Made by a program: the position numbers and the translations under genes. From an uncultured archaeon (GTDB lineage: Archaea > Asgardarchaeota > Lokiarchaeia > Sigyniarchaeales > SOKP01): a stretch of DNA of 64,000 nt. Location of the stretch: assembly GCA_964632315.1 (NCBI GenBank), contig CAZWEM010000003.1, positions 73,823 to 137,822 on the forward strand, given 5' to 3'. This document shows positions 1-10,396 of the stretch, in pieces. How positions within the stretch are numbered: the stretch's first letter is position 1; every line of letters starts with the position of its first letter. The notes under the pieces were generated by a model that was given only the letters and a program-made list of their open reading frames with translations, was not told where the DNA came from and did no database searches.

Positions 1-3000
1 ATTCCATTGGTAGAAAAAGAAATTTATAAAGTAGGTCCCGCAATTGCACTACAAACAATTAAAAAAATTGCCGTACCTGCTAACCGTTTGATGGTAAATG
101 CTTCATTTTTGGCTCAATTACTATATCAAGCGTATCAAGAGGGAATGACTCATTCAATGGACATATTTGGTTCTCACGTTGATGGAGGTGATGCACTGCT
201 TAACTTATTTTTTGATTATAACGATCTCTTTTTAGGGACCACTCTTTTAGGTGGCCTTGGTACGACTTCTTTCAGCGAGCAATTAGAAGCAAATGGACTT
301 CCGCCAATTTTGGGGGTTTCAGAATGGTGGTCTGATATCCAAGGGTCTGACATTGATCTTGAAATTGGTGCATGCGATTATGTTCTATTGGGGCAAATCC
401 CCCAACCAAATCCAAATGATATTTTGTCTTGGGGTAATCCATCACAAAAAGACATCGATCTTTGGCGAAATAATCCACCGGGGTTTATCCAACATAGTGA
501 AAAAGGATTTGGAATATTGGATTTTCTTACAAATTTTTCAATTGCCAATGAGACTGGAATGCATTTTGAGTTTCTTTCACAATATTATGAAGGTAGAACC
601 TTGAATTGGAATGATTTCGAGATACTTGCACGATATTTTAATGAGTACTGGGTTCCTGTTGTTATGCCAATATTACTGGGTGAACTCCAAGATCCCAGCT
701 CAGAATTTAGTACACGAGCACCTGAATATGTGGGAATGAGTTTGGATGATATTTCTTATTACGAATTTTTGAAGGAATGGATAAATTACTCAACATATCC
801 TCTTGGAGTTGATTTTCATTCTTTCATTGAAGAGATACCCGTAGGAACATATGGGTTAGAAGTGAATAGCACTATCTCAACTAATTCAGCCTATGCCTTA
901 TGGAATGAAACTAATAAATGGTCGTTTCTCAATACAACAGGTATCTTAAAATGGTTTGATGCAAATTCAAGTGATGAAGATCAATTAGATCTTGCTTTGC
1001 ATTTTGGTCTAAATTCTCAGCAGGTCTCAGATATATGTAATTGGTTATGGGATAAGAATGGATTTTCCAATCAACTATTTCCAATGCTTGTTTCAGCCCC
1101 AATTCCTTATGGATATGATATGTCTATAGAAAACTTATCACAAAAAGCTTTCTATGAATTATGGGCAAACGGAACTGCTTTAGGTTTGACTCTATATCCT
1201 GAAGGTATCGATTTTGGAGAATTTTTTCCAGAGGAATTTGATCTCAATACAACTGGATTTGAATTAGGAGTCCCAATACCAACAGCAATATCCAGTGATT
1301 TAGCTGAAGCTCTCTGGAACGAATCAAATCCATTTTCATTGACTAATATCACAGGAATTCAATTATGGGCCGATGCCAATTCATCTTTAATTGTCAAAGA
1401 TGAGATATATAATGCATTTTTAAGTTTTGGAATAAGTTTTGACCAAATTGATCAAATCCTCTACTGGTTATGGGATGGCGAAACTTCCTTTAGTCAATTT
1501 TTACTTCCTATTCTTATAAACAGTTCTTTAGGATATGGAATGAATATTAAGGAATTAGCGAGATACGTTCTATATGAACAATGGGCAAATGGTACGACAT
1601 TAGGATTATCTTTATTTCCAGATGGCCTGGATTTTGGTGAATTCATTGAGGAATTGCCGTTAGGAACGGTTGGGTTTGAGGTTGGAATACCCATATCTAC
1701 TGAGATGCCGATTAAATTAGTTAAAGCACTTTGGAACGAGTGTAACAATAAATCATTGCTGAACATCACGGGGATCGAATTATGGTTCAACGCTAATGCA
1801 TCTATAGAAGATCAAGCTACCCTGATCTCGGAGTATGGACCTCTTGGATTGACGCAGGAAGAATTAGACAAGATACTACAGTGGTTATGGTACCCTGGGG
1901 GATTTGTAGATAGCTTATTTCCGAAATTAGTCGAATCTCCAGCTCCCTATGGCTACGGAAGACCCATCCCACTACTTGCGGAACAAGTATTTTACGAAAT
2001 GTGGGCAAATGGGACGGCATTAGGATTATCTTTATTTCCAAATGGCTTGGACTTTGGCGAATTCGTTGATGAATTGCCGTTAGGAACTGTTGGGTTTGAA
2101 GTAGGGATTCAAACACCTACAGGAATGTCACTGAATTTAGTAGAAGCGCTCTGGAACGCATCAAGCCAATTTTCATTAACAAATGTTTCAGGTATCCAGG
2201 TATGGGCTTCAGCAAATTCTTCTTCAACTGAAAAGACAGTTTTATACAATCAATTTTCGAGTTTACAAATGACTAATGCCCAAATAACCGGAATTCTTGA
2301 TTGGTTATGGGGTGGTCCAACCTCTTTTAGCCAAGCTCTCTTACCAACCCTTATAAATAGTTCTTTAGGTTATGGAATGGATATCAAGGAATTAGCGAGG
2401 TACGTTCTATACGAACAATGGGCAAATGGTACAATATTGGATATGGTCATGTTCCCAGATGGTATTGATTTTCACGAATTTATCCCAGGTTTACTCCCGG
2501 GAACAACTGGATTTGAGGTTGGAATACCTATATCTACTGAGATGCCAATTAAGCTAGTTGAAGCACTTTGGAATGAGAGTGAAGATAAATCATTGCTGAA
2601 CATAATGGGTATAGAACTATGGTTTGGGGCTAATACTTCATTAGAAGATCAAGCTACCTTGATCTCGGAGTACGAGTCTCTTGGATTAACGCAAAAAGAA
2701 TTAGAAATGATATTACAATGGTTATGGTACCCTGGGGGATTTGTAGATAGCTTGTTTCCGAAATTAGTCGAAATTCCCGCACCATATGGTTACGGAAAGC
2801 CTATCCCATTACTTGCTGAAAAAGTATTTTATGAAATGTGGGCGAATGGGACGGCGTTAGGCCTATCTTTATTTCCAGATGGCTTGGATTTCGGTGAATT
2901 CATCGAGGAATTACCGTTAGGAACGGTTGGGTTTGAAGTTGGGATCCCCATACCCACTGGAATGTCATTTGATTTAATCAAAGCCCTATGGGATAAGAAC

Positions 3001-4356
3001 AATGAAAAATCATTGCTTAACATAACGGGTATAGAACTATGGTTTAACGCAAATGAATCAATCGCCGATCAATCTATGTTGATCTCGGAATTCGGAAGTC
3101 TTGGATTGACTCAAGTAGAATTAGAAATGATACTTCAGTGGTTATGGTACCCTGGTGGATTTTTAGATAACTTATTCCAAAAATTAGTCGAAATTCCAGC
3201 ACCCTATGGTTACGGAAAGCCCATCCCACTACTTGCTAAGCAGGTATTCTACGAAATGTGGGCTAATGGGACGGCATTAGGATTAATTTTATTTCCAGAT
3301 GGTCTGGATTTCGGAGAATTTGTAGATAGCTTGCCTTTGGGAATGGTTGGATTTGAGGTGGGAATTCCAACTCCAACTGGACTTTTAACAAGTCAGATCG
3401 AGAATCTCTGGGATACTTCAAATCCATTATCCTTAACAAATATGACAGGTATTGGAAAATGGAAGGACGCTTATGAAAATAAGACTGTTAGAAATGAATT
3501 AAAATTTGCTTTCGGTTTATCAGACGATCAAGTCCAATTAATCATTGATTGGTTATGGAATGGCCCTTCATCCTTCAGTTTAAATTTACTTCCAAAACTC
3601 TTAGAGAGTGAACTAGGATATAATATGACAATAAATGAATTTGCCTATCAGCTGCTTTTAGAGCAATGGTCAAACGGTACGATAATGGGCATGGTTTTAT
3701 TTCCAGGAGGGATAGATTTCCACGACTTTATACCGAGTTTACCTCCTGGTACGTCAGGATTTGAAGTGGGTATACCAACTCCAACAAATATGTCAATTGA
3801 TTCTGCAAGACTTCTTTGGGATTCCTCTAATGCTTACTCACTTGTACACGATATTCAAGTATGGTGGGATATAGATTCTAAGCATTCAAAAGCTTATAAT
3901 GAGACCCGTGATGCGAATTTGTTAGATGATAAGACCATTGACATGATACTACAATGGTTACCTGATTTTAAAGATAATTTGATGCCCTTACTCGCCCAGT
4001 ATGATATGAACTTACCTATGGATGCAATAAGTCTAGGAAATACAGTACAACTTGGAATGATCATAGGTGGTGCGATTATGATGGGTATTAGTTCTACTAC
4101 GTTGACTCGTAGTATGGTTGTCAGTAGAAAAAAGAAAAAATTGGGAACAGTCACATCTAAAAAACCAATGGACAAAATAAGCAAGTATAAACAAGAATAT
4201 TTATCGAAAGAGAATGTTAAAGTAACCGAAAATATACAAAGTGAACAAGAATCCCCTCTCAAGGTGAATCTAGAAAATACTGAGCTCAAGCGAGAAAATT
4301 TTAAAGAATCTGATATTGAAAAAACTGAGGTCGACGATAAGAGTGAAATAAATTAA
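1..4356 (+). CDS. Large repetitive membrane-anchored surface glycoprotein, probably 5'-truncated by the window edge
   Basis: Frame is open from base 1. About 8 repeats of ~140 aa (WANGT..LFPDGLDFGEF..GFEVGIP..ALW..SL.NITGI.LW), many N-x-S/T sequons, a C-terminal TM helix followed by RKKKK and a charged tail. Confidence 0.8.
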   Translation: MPLVEKEIYKVGPAIALQTIKKIAVPANRLMVNASFLAQLLYQAYQEGMTHSMDIFGSHVDGGDALLNLFFDYNDLFLGTTLLGGLGTTSFSEQLEANGLPPILGVSEWWSDIQGSDIDLEIGACDYVLLGQIPQPNPNDILSWGNPSQKDIDLWRNNPPGFIQHSEKGFGILDFLTNFSIANETGMHFEFLSQYYEGRTLNWNDFEILARYFNEYWVPVVMPILLGELQDPSSEFSTRAPEYVGMSLDDISYYEFLKEWINYSTYPLGVDFHSFIEEIPVGTYGLEVNSTISTNSAYALWNETNKWSFLNTTGILKWFDANSSDEDQLDLALHFGLNSQQVSDICNWLWDKNGFSNQLFPMLVSAPIPYGYDMSIENLSQKAFYELWANGTALGLTLYPEGIDFGEFFPEEFDLNTTGFELGVPIPTAISSDLAEALWNESNPFSLTNITGIQLWADANSSLIVKDEIYNAFLSFGISFDQIDQILYWLWDGETSFSQFLLPILINSSLGYGMNIKELARYVLYEQWANGTTLGLSLFPDGLDFGEFIEELPLGTVGFEVGIPISTEMPIKLVKALWNECNNKSLLNITGIELWFNANASIEDQATLISEYGPLGLTQEELDKILQWLWYPGGFVDSLFPKLVESPAPYGYGRPIPLLAEQVFYEMWANGTALGLSLFPNGLDFGEFVDELPLGTVGFEVGIQTPTGMSLNLVEALWNASSQFSLTNVSGIQVWASANSSSTEKTVLYNQFSSLQMTNAQITGILDWLWGGPTSFSQALLPTLINSSLGYGMDIKELARYVLYEQWANGTILDMVMFPDGIDFHEFIPGLLPGTTGFEVGIPISTEMPIKLVEALWNESEDKSLLNIMGIELWFGANTSLEDQATLISEYESLGLTQKELEMILQWLWYPGGFVDSLFPKLVEIPAPYGYGKPIPLLAEKVFYEMWANGTALGLSLFPDGLDFGEFIEELPLGTVGFEVGIPIPTGMSFDLIKALWDKNNEKSLLNITGIELWFNANESIADQSMLISEFGSLGLTQVELEMILQWLWYPGGFLDNLFQKLVEIPAPYGYGKPIPLLAKQVFYEMWANGTALGLILFPDGLDFGEFVDSLPLGMVGFEVGIPTPTGLLTSQIENLWDTSNPLSLTNMTGIGKWKDAYENKTVRNELKFAFGLSDDQVQLIIDWLWNGPSSFSLNLLPKLLESELGYNMTINEFAYQLLLEQWSNGTIMGMVLFPGGIDFHDFIPSLPPGTSGFEVGIPTPTNMSIDSARLLWDSSNAYSLVHDIQVWWDIDSKHSKAYNETRDANLLDDKTIDMILQWLPDFKDNLMPLLAQYDMNLPMDAISLGNTVQLGMIIGGAIMMGISSTTLTRSMVVSRKKKKLGTVTSKKPMDKISKYKQEYLSKENVKVTENIQSEQESPLKVNLENTELKRENFKESDIEKTEVDDKSEIN
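1140..3960 (+). repeat. Intragenic tandem repeat, ~420-bp unit
   Basis: The TGGGC(A/G/T)AA(T/C)GG motif, or a close variant, recurs near 1162, 1582, 2002, 2419, 2839, 3259 and 3667; several units are highly similar at DNA level. Confidence 0.9.
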
Positions 4357-4393
4357 AATTAACGTAGCACTACATAACAAGATCATTAATATA

Positions 4394-4939
4394 TTAATTT
4401 CTTTTATTTATTCTTTTTTCATATTTTTTTATTGCGATTTCGCGCCATTGGGTATTCCATTTTTTAAATCCCGATTTGACATATTTTTCTCTTTTATAAA
4501 AGTCTCTACTTACCCAATTTAAAAGGACAAAATAACGTTTAGCTCCACTTTCGGTTGTAAGATTTCTTGACTGTACACCTAAATCATTTCTCAGATGTTG
4601 AACTAGTCGTTGTTCTACACCGTTTTGTAATTTACCTTCAATGACAGTTGGTTCATACTCGATTCCCTCCTCATCTAAATATTCTCTTACTTTATCGAAG
4701 ATATTTCCTCGACAAATAAGTATTTTATCGTGTTTTTTATCAAAATTTAGCTCTTTTAGGCCTTCTTTTACGAGTTGAAGGGTTTCTTTATAAGGGAGTC
4801 TTCTTTTCCAATTATCCCCCTTAAATAAATCAACAGAAAGCGATTTAAATAACATTTCTCCCGTTTCTTGTCTGAGAAAACCTATGAATGCATCTCCGAC
4901 TAAATCTCCAGTTCCACTATCATCAATTTCGATAGTCAT
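4394..4939 (-). CDS. Hypothetical protein with an RNase H-like N-terminal acidic motif
   Basis: IEIDDSGTGDLVG resembles the RNase HII-type DEAGRG motif. Confidence 0.55.
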   Translation of the reverse strand: MTIEIDDSGTGDLVGDAFIGFLRQETGEMLFKSLSVDLFKGDNWKRRLPYKETLQLVKEGLKELNFDKKHDKILICRGNIFDKVREYLDEEGIEYEPTVIEGKLQNGVEQRLVQHLRNDLGVQSRNLTTESGAKRYFVLLNWVSRDFYKREKYVKSGFKKWNTQWREIAIKKYEKRINKRN

Positions 4940-4997
4940 TTTATGTGTCTAAAAATACAAATTATAATTTCAAATTTTTCAAAATTAATCTTTCAAA

Positions 4998-6368
4998 TTA
5001 TTGATTTACATTTTTTTCCAATTCTGATCTTCTCAACAACTTAAATTTATTGCATTTTGCAACTTCTATTGAATAATGTTTCAAAGGGGCTAACCAAAAG
5101 AGAGATCCTAATATCCAGATTATCAAAACTAAAAATAATGCTAAAGATAAAAATCCAGGGTCTTGTTCGATAAAAGTCGATAGTATTAGATTGCCGACAA
5201 TTGCACCAATATTAATCATTATGCCATTAAATGCATTAATCGTGCTTCTTATTTCTGGGACACATACTTCTGAATAAATTGCAAATACGTTCCCCGCATT
5301 CAAGCTAGCAAAAAAATTTCCAATTAATCCAAGTGAAAGAAATAAAATCCAAGAGAACAGGATTTCTAAGGGATTTTTGTCTAAAATTGGAAGCATATAA
5401 AATAGGATTAAAAAAATGATTCCGATAACCAAACCTATAAAAGAAACAAAAATTCTCCCGTTCTTTTTTCCATTTTTTAAGAATTTATCCCCTAACTTGC
5501 CTCCATAGATAGAACCGGGAAGAATTCCTATACCTGCAACTAGATAAAGAGTCGTTGCAATCAATCCGGGGTCCTCAGCATTGATTTTTTGAGTTAGATA
5601 AAAAATTGCCCAATTTCCTAAAGTCGCTGTGGCTATTCCATTACATAAAATAAAAAGTAGAATATATCTAACAGTTTTAATTTGAAACAAATTGAGTATT
5701 GATTTATAGGTGATCTTATAGTTATAGTTTATTGTACCAATATAACTTTCAAATTCTGGCTCTGATCTTCCTCTTTCTGGATCTATTCCTCTTAAAGTAT
5801 ATAGGATTAGTGCTAAAAAACTGATACATGAACCAATAAGATATGCCCAACGCCAACCTTCGGGGCCAGTATAGCTCCCTAGTAATCCTCCAAATAATAA
5901 TCCCATCCCTGACCCTAAATTTAGCCCAAAAGCCATCATTCCATATTTATTGCCTCTTTGTTTAGGGGAATACATATCACCAATAATTGAAAATCCAATT
6001 GGCAAGAAAGCACCACTCCCTATTGAAGCAATGATCATGAATAAAAAGTAAAAATAGTAGTTAAAAGCAAAAAAGTTTAAACCGTAAGCAAGAATCCAAA
6101 TTAAATTAGTTGAAATAAAAATGCGTTTTCTTGAAAATGCTCCTGAAATTTTATCATCATAATACCCAAAGAGAAAGATGCTAATTGTCCCTATACTTAA
6201 TTGAGAAACAATTATCATCCCTATGCCAAATTCTGTCGTTCCTAAAAGGTCATTAATTAAGTTATCGATGTTTACTGGTAAAATTCCAATACAGAAATAT
6301 AGCATGAAATATAACACCCATAAAGACTTAAACGTTTGATTTATTTCTCCTTGTTTATTAGATTCCAT
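4998..6368 (-). CDS. MFS transporter
   Basis: About 12 hydrophobic helices; GDMYSPKQRG and GGKLGDKF MFS loop motifs. Start placed at MESNKQG. Confidence 0.85.
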   Translation of the reverse strand: MESNKQGEINQTFKSLWVLYFMLYFCIGILPVNIDNLINDLLGTTEFGIGMIIVSQLSIGTISIFLFGYYDDKISGAFSRKRIFISTNLIWILAYGLNFFAFNYYFYFLFMIIASIGSGAFLPIGFSIIGDMYSPKQRGNKYGMMAFGLNLGSGMGLLFGGLLGSYTGPEGWRWAYLIGSCISFLALILYTLRGIDPERGRSEPEFESYIGTINYNYKITYKSILNLFQIKTVRYILLFILCNGIATATLGNWAIFYLTQKINAEDPGLIATTLYLVAGIGILPGSIYGGKLGDKFLKNGKKNGRIFVSFIGLVIGIIFLILFYMLPILDKNPLEILFSWILFLSLGLIGNFFASLNAGNVFAIYSEVCVPEIRSTINAFNGIMINIGAIVGNLILSTFIEQDPGFLSLALFLVLIIWILGSLFWLAPLKHYSIEVAKCNKFKLLRRSELEKNVNQ

Positions 6369-6472
6369 GATTATTACCCAGCCATTATGATATAAGATTA
6401 TTAGATGAATTTCTATAAAAAAATTATACAAGATTCTTTAAAAAGAAATCATTTCTAATAATACTACCTAAA

Positions 6473-7273
6473 GTGAGATCAGCTTTGGATATTGAAATTT
6501 TAGTAATAGGGAATGAAATACTTATTGGAAAGACAAAAGATACTAATTCGAACTGGATGGCTAAAAGAATAACTAAATACGGTCATAGATTAAGAAGAAT
6601 AACTACAATTGGAGATAGTCTTGAAGAAATTTCAACTACATTGAGAAACATTTTAGAGCGAAAACCAGATATCATAATAACTTCTGGAGGTTTAGGACCA
6701 ACATTTGATGATATGACTTTAAAAGGAATTGCCATTGGTCTTGATCGAAAAATAGAATTGAATGATCACGCTCTTAAGTCAATTAAGAAAGCTTATGAAA
6801 ACGCAAATAAAGCAGGTATTTTAAAACTTAAGGGCTTAACTAAGGAAAGAAAGAAAATGGCATATCTCCCTGAAGGTTCAACGCCTTTGCCAAACATTAG
6901 AGGGACTGCCCCGGGAGTCAAATTAAAAGAAAATAATGTAGTTATCTTCATCTTACCAGGAGTGCCCGCTGAAATGAAAGCAATGTTCCTGAACGTGATT
7001 TCTCCAATTTTAAAGGAAAAAAGGGGCAAATTCGTGGAAAAAGGTTTCATTTTTAAAGGAATTGGGGAATCTCAAATTGCCCCATATGTAACAAAACTTG
7101 AAGAAAAATATCCCCAGTTATGGATCAAGACTCATCCCAGAGTTGGTTTGTCAGTCGAAGTTGAGTTATCTATCACTGCTTTTAATGTTGAAAATGGGGG
7201 AGAAATGGCAGAAAAAGCTCTGGAGGAATTACGAAGAATTATCATTAATCTTGAGGGTAAAATCAAAAAATAG
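6473..7273 (+). CDS. CinA-like molybdopterin-binding domain protein
   Basis: IGNEILIGKTKDTNSNW, SGGLGPTFDDMT, GTAPG and LPGVPAEM motifs. Confidence 0.9.
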   Translation: MRSALDIEILVIGNEILIGKTKDTNSNWMAKRITKYGHRLRRITTIGDSLEEISTTLRNILERKPDIIITSGGLGPTFDDMTLKGIAIGLDRKIELNDHALKSIKKAYENANKAGILKLKGLTKERKKMAYLPEGSTPLPNIRGTAPGVKLKENNVVIFILPGVPAEMKAMFLNVISPILKEKRGKFVEKGFIFKGIGESQIAPYVTKLEEKYPQLWIKTHPRVGLSVEVELSITAFNVENGGEMAEKALEELRRIIINLEGKIKK

Positions 7274-7307
7274 CCTTTTCTATTTATTCTCATGTAAAAT
7301 TGTTTTA

Positions 7308-7379
7308 TGATGCCTCCTCGCGGGGGGACTTTTCCATGAGTAGTCACGTAACCGTGTTTAACTCATATCATCAACATCA
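7308..7379 (-). promoter_or_regulatory. SECIS element (eukaryote-like) in the 3' UTR of selD-1
   Basis: Minus strand: UGAUGUUG-AUGA-U-AUGAGU-UAAA-CACG-GUUA-CGUG-ACU-ACUCAU-G-GA-AAAG-UCCCCCCGCGAGGAG-GCAUCA. Contains the AUGA/GA core, a stem, unpaired AAA and a mini-helix, directly after the stop codon. Confidence 0.85.
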
Positions 7380-8408
7380 TTAAAGAGTTAGGACCTCAAA
7401 GTTTTTTACATGTTTAGAAACTCGAACGTTTCCGGGTTCTTTAGCATCTATTTCTCCTACAATCCAATGAGTAATCCCTTTTTCTAATAGTATCTTTGAA
7501 AAGTTGTCGGATTTTGATGGATCAACGGCGAGAATCATTCCTCCAGCAGTTTCATGGCAAGTACAATCGTCAAACGCATACCCCAATTCTTCAGATAATT
7601 CTTTCGAAAGCTTTATTGAAGGTGTTTTGCGAATTACAGCCGATAATTTAGAATGTTGAAGCATTTCTTTTATATGTCCAGCCAGGCCAAAACCTGTACA
7701 ATCACTCATCGCGTGAATAAAAGAAAAGTCATTCAAAGAATGAATCGCTTTTATAATTGCCTGATTGGGTGTCGTCATTAACTCAATAGCGAAGTCTATT
7801 GACTTTTGAAGTTCGCTTTTTGAATATTGTTCCAGTATTTCAGGGAAATCTTTCAACACCCTATAAGCTGCCATTATGGCTTGTAATCCAATGGGTTTTG
7901 TAAGAAAAAGTTTGTCTCCTTTTCTTACTCCTGCCTTGGGTATAATGGCATCTCGATGTATAAACCCAGATGCCTCTCCACCAATAAGAGGCCACTCCGA
8001 ATAAATAGTGTGACCTCCTACGACTCGAGAGGATATTTTCTTTTCTATAAAGTATCTAATACCTTCCAAGATACCTTCAGCAATTTTTTGTGGTGTTTTT
8101 GTCTGAATAGCTAAAAATACCAGCATTCCAGAGATTTCTGGAACGTTCATAGCAAAGATGTCGTTGGTAACATTACATGCCGCAATTTGGCCCATGATAT
8201 GGGGCTCATCAACTATGGGAGTAAACACATCTAAATTTTTTACTAAAACAAGTTCACTTCCCGGAATTGGTACCACTGCGGCATCTTCAATATCACCAAA
8301 TAAGCCTGCACGCGTCAAAAGATCAGTTAAGTCGTTAGAACCTAGTTTACACGATCATCCATGTATCTTAACTTCTGAGGTCAATCTGTATTCACTCTTT
8401 TTTTCCAT
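7380..8408 (-). CDS. selD: Selenide,water dikinase (selenophosphate synthetase), selenoprotein; UGA=Sec at codon 18
   Basis: The ORF extends upstream in frame through TGA (8357-8355) to ATG 8408: MEKKSEYRLTSEVKIHG-U-SCKLG. GAGGTG RBS; DVFTPIVD, GGHT, DCTGFGLAGH and ETAGG motifs. Confidence 0.93.
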
Positions 8409-8461
8409 TTTCCACCTCAATCTTTAATTGAAATAGGTATTCTTAAAAAATAGGGAATTGA

Positions 8462-8821
8462 TCAAAATAATTGAACCATATCATTACTAATTATTAATTC
8501 TTTCTTCAATTCTGTTAGTATTTCATTACATTCCTCAATTGTCATATTATTCTCCACGATCTCTTGATCTCCAAGCGAGACCCCTCCCATGATGTGTGTT
8601 CCTAATTGACATTCTAGGCAATCTACCGATGGATCTTTCAATAACCCTGGTATTTCCCCTAAAAAATCATGTCCAAAGAGTAAACCCTTTATAGGTCGCT
8701 TTCGATGAATAAAATAGAGAAAGATTCTGTCATCATTTTTCAGTGAGAATACGATGTATTTTCTCAGTTTGAGAGTAACGATTGAGTGAATCTCTTTTAC
8801 AAGAAAGGAAATTTTTGACAT
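8462..8821 (-). CDS. Hypothetical protein between the selD paralogues
   Basis: 119-aa ORF with an ATG start and one CxxC, co-oriented with selD. Confidence 0.7.
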   Translation of the reverse strand: MSKISFLVKEIHSIVTLKLRKYIVFSLKNDDRIFLYFIHRKRPIKGLLFGHDFLGEIPGLLKDPSVDCLECQLGTHIMGGVSLGDQEIVENNMTIEECNEILTELKKELIISNDMVQLF

Positions 8822-9144
8822 GGCTAATTAAAACTACTATTTCTTAATTTTGCAATGATATTTATAATAATTAACTTTAACGGCTTTACATAATAATGAT
8901 TTTTTGCAAAAGGTTTTTTTTGTATTATCAACTTGTTCTCCATTAGTCAAATTAATCATTTTTAGTAACTTTTAACCCATTAAATTAAAAAAAATATATT
9001 TTTTTTTGTTTTTATATTAATAGTATGTCATTAATAATAAGATTTGAAATACATTACTTATCAAATTTATAAGAGGTTTTAGACATTTTAGTATTTTTCA
9101 ACTGATTTTAAAAAAAAGAGGTTTAATTATGTTTCAATTACTTT

Positions 9145-9216
9145 CAATGCCGTCTTGCAAACGGGATTCTCCATAAGCTCTCACTTTTCGTGTTTTCGCT
9201 TACTTCATAGACATTG
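9145..9216 (-). promoter_or_regulatory. SECIS element (eukaryote-like) in the 3' UTR of selD-2
   Basis: Minus strand: CAAUGUCU-AUGA-A-GUAAGC-GAAAA-CAC-GAAAA-GUG-AGA-GCUUAU-G-GA-GAAUC-CCGUUUGCAAGACG-GCAUUG. Same architecture as the selD-1 element, with compensatory changes. Confidence 0.87.
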
Positions 9217-10251
9217 TTACATTCTCAAGATCTCAAGATGCTCCACTTCTTTAGAAACACGAACATTTTGAGGTTTGTTTGTATTATCGATTGATCCTAT
9301 AATCCAATTCTTCACTCCATTCTTAATTAATCGATCTGAAAATTCCTCGGCTAAATTATGATCGACAGAGATAAGCATTCCACCAGCGGTTTCAGCCATC
9401 TTACATTCGTCATACTTATATCCGAATTCATAAGCTAAATCTTTAGCTAGATTCATGTAGGGAATCCTTGTAATAATAGCAGAAAGATTTGATTTTTGAA
9501 GCATCTCTTTTAGATGTCCTGCTAATCCAAAACCAGATACATCTGTCATTGAATGGATGAATGAAACATCCTCATACTCATAAATAGTGTCAACAACGTC
9601 TGAAAGTGGAGTTATCATTAGATCAATAGCGATTTTTATTGCGGAGTTAATGCGAGTTTTGGAATAATTTTCAAGTAAATCAGGACGATTTTTTCGTAGT
9701 CTATAAGCTGCCATACTTGCTTGGTTTCCGATCGGTTTGGTCAAAATTAGTTTGTCTCCTTCCAGTACTTTGTTTTTTAGAATTAGTTTGTCTTTTTTTA
9801 CGAATCCAGAAGCTTCACCACCAATAAGAGGCCATCCTGAATATATCGTATGACCTCCAAGTACTCTTGAATCCAGTTTTTTTTCCATAAATCTTTTAAT
9901 TCCCTTTAATATCCCTTCTGCTACATATTGGGGCATATTTTTCTTAATTCCGAGGAATATTAGTATACCAGAGATTTTAGAAACATTTAGCGCAAAAACA
10001 TCATTTGTTACATTTGCTGCAGCTATTTCCCCCATTATATCGGGTTCATCTATTATTGGAGTGAATATATCTATGTTCTTGACCAATAGTAAATCAGAAT
10101 TAGGGACGGGAATTACTGCAGAATCTTCGATTTCATTCCTTAAACCCACGTTAGTCAGAATTGAATCTAATTTCTTTGCATCGACTTTACAGTTTCAACC
10201 GAACAGTTTAGTTTGCATTGTCAATCGATAGTCTTCTAACTCTTGCATCAT
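9217..10251 (-). CDS. selD: Selenide,water dikinase paralogue 2, selenoprotein; UGA=Sec at codon 19
   Basis: In-frame upstream extension through TGA (10197-10195): MMQELEDYRLTMQTKLFG-U-NCKVD. GAGGTG RBS; DIFTPIID, GGHT, DVSGFGLAGH and ETAGG motifs. Confidence 0.93.
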
Positions 10252-10396
10252 TCACCTCATTTGAATTATAATATTAATAATTAGGATATACCATTAACGC
10301 TTAAGTAAACTTATTAATATTGCTCATATATTTTATTAAATTTCTGGATAAAAAAGAGAAAATATTAACAATAATACCAAATTTCTTATTAATTTA

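Noticed and set aside
8355-10197. selD copies as nonsense-mutated pseudogenes, or starting at the TTG/GTG given in the ORF track
   Set aside because: The UGA falls at the catalytic Cys/Sec position in both genes and each has a SECIS.
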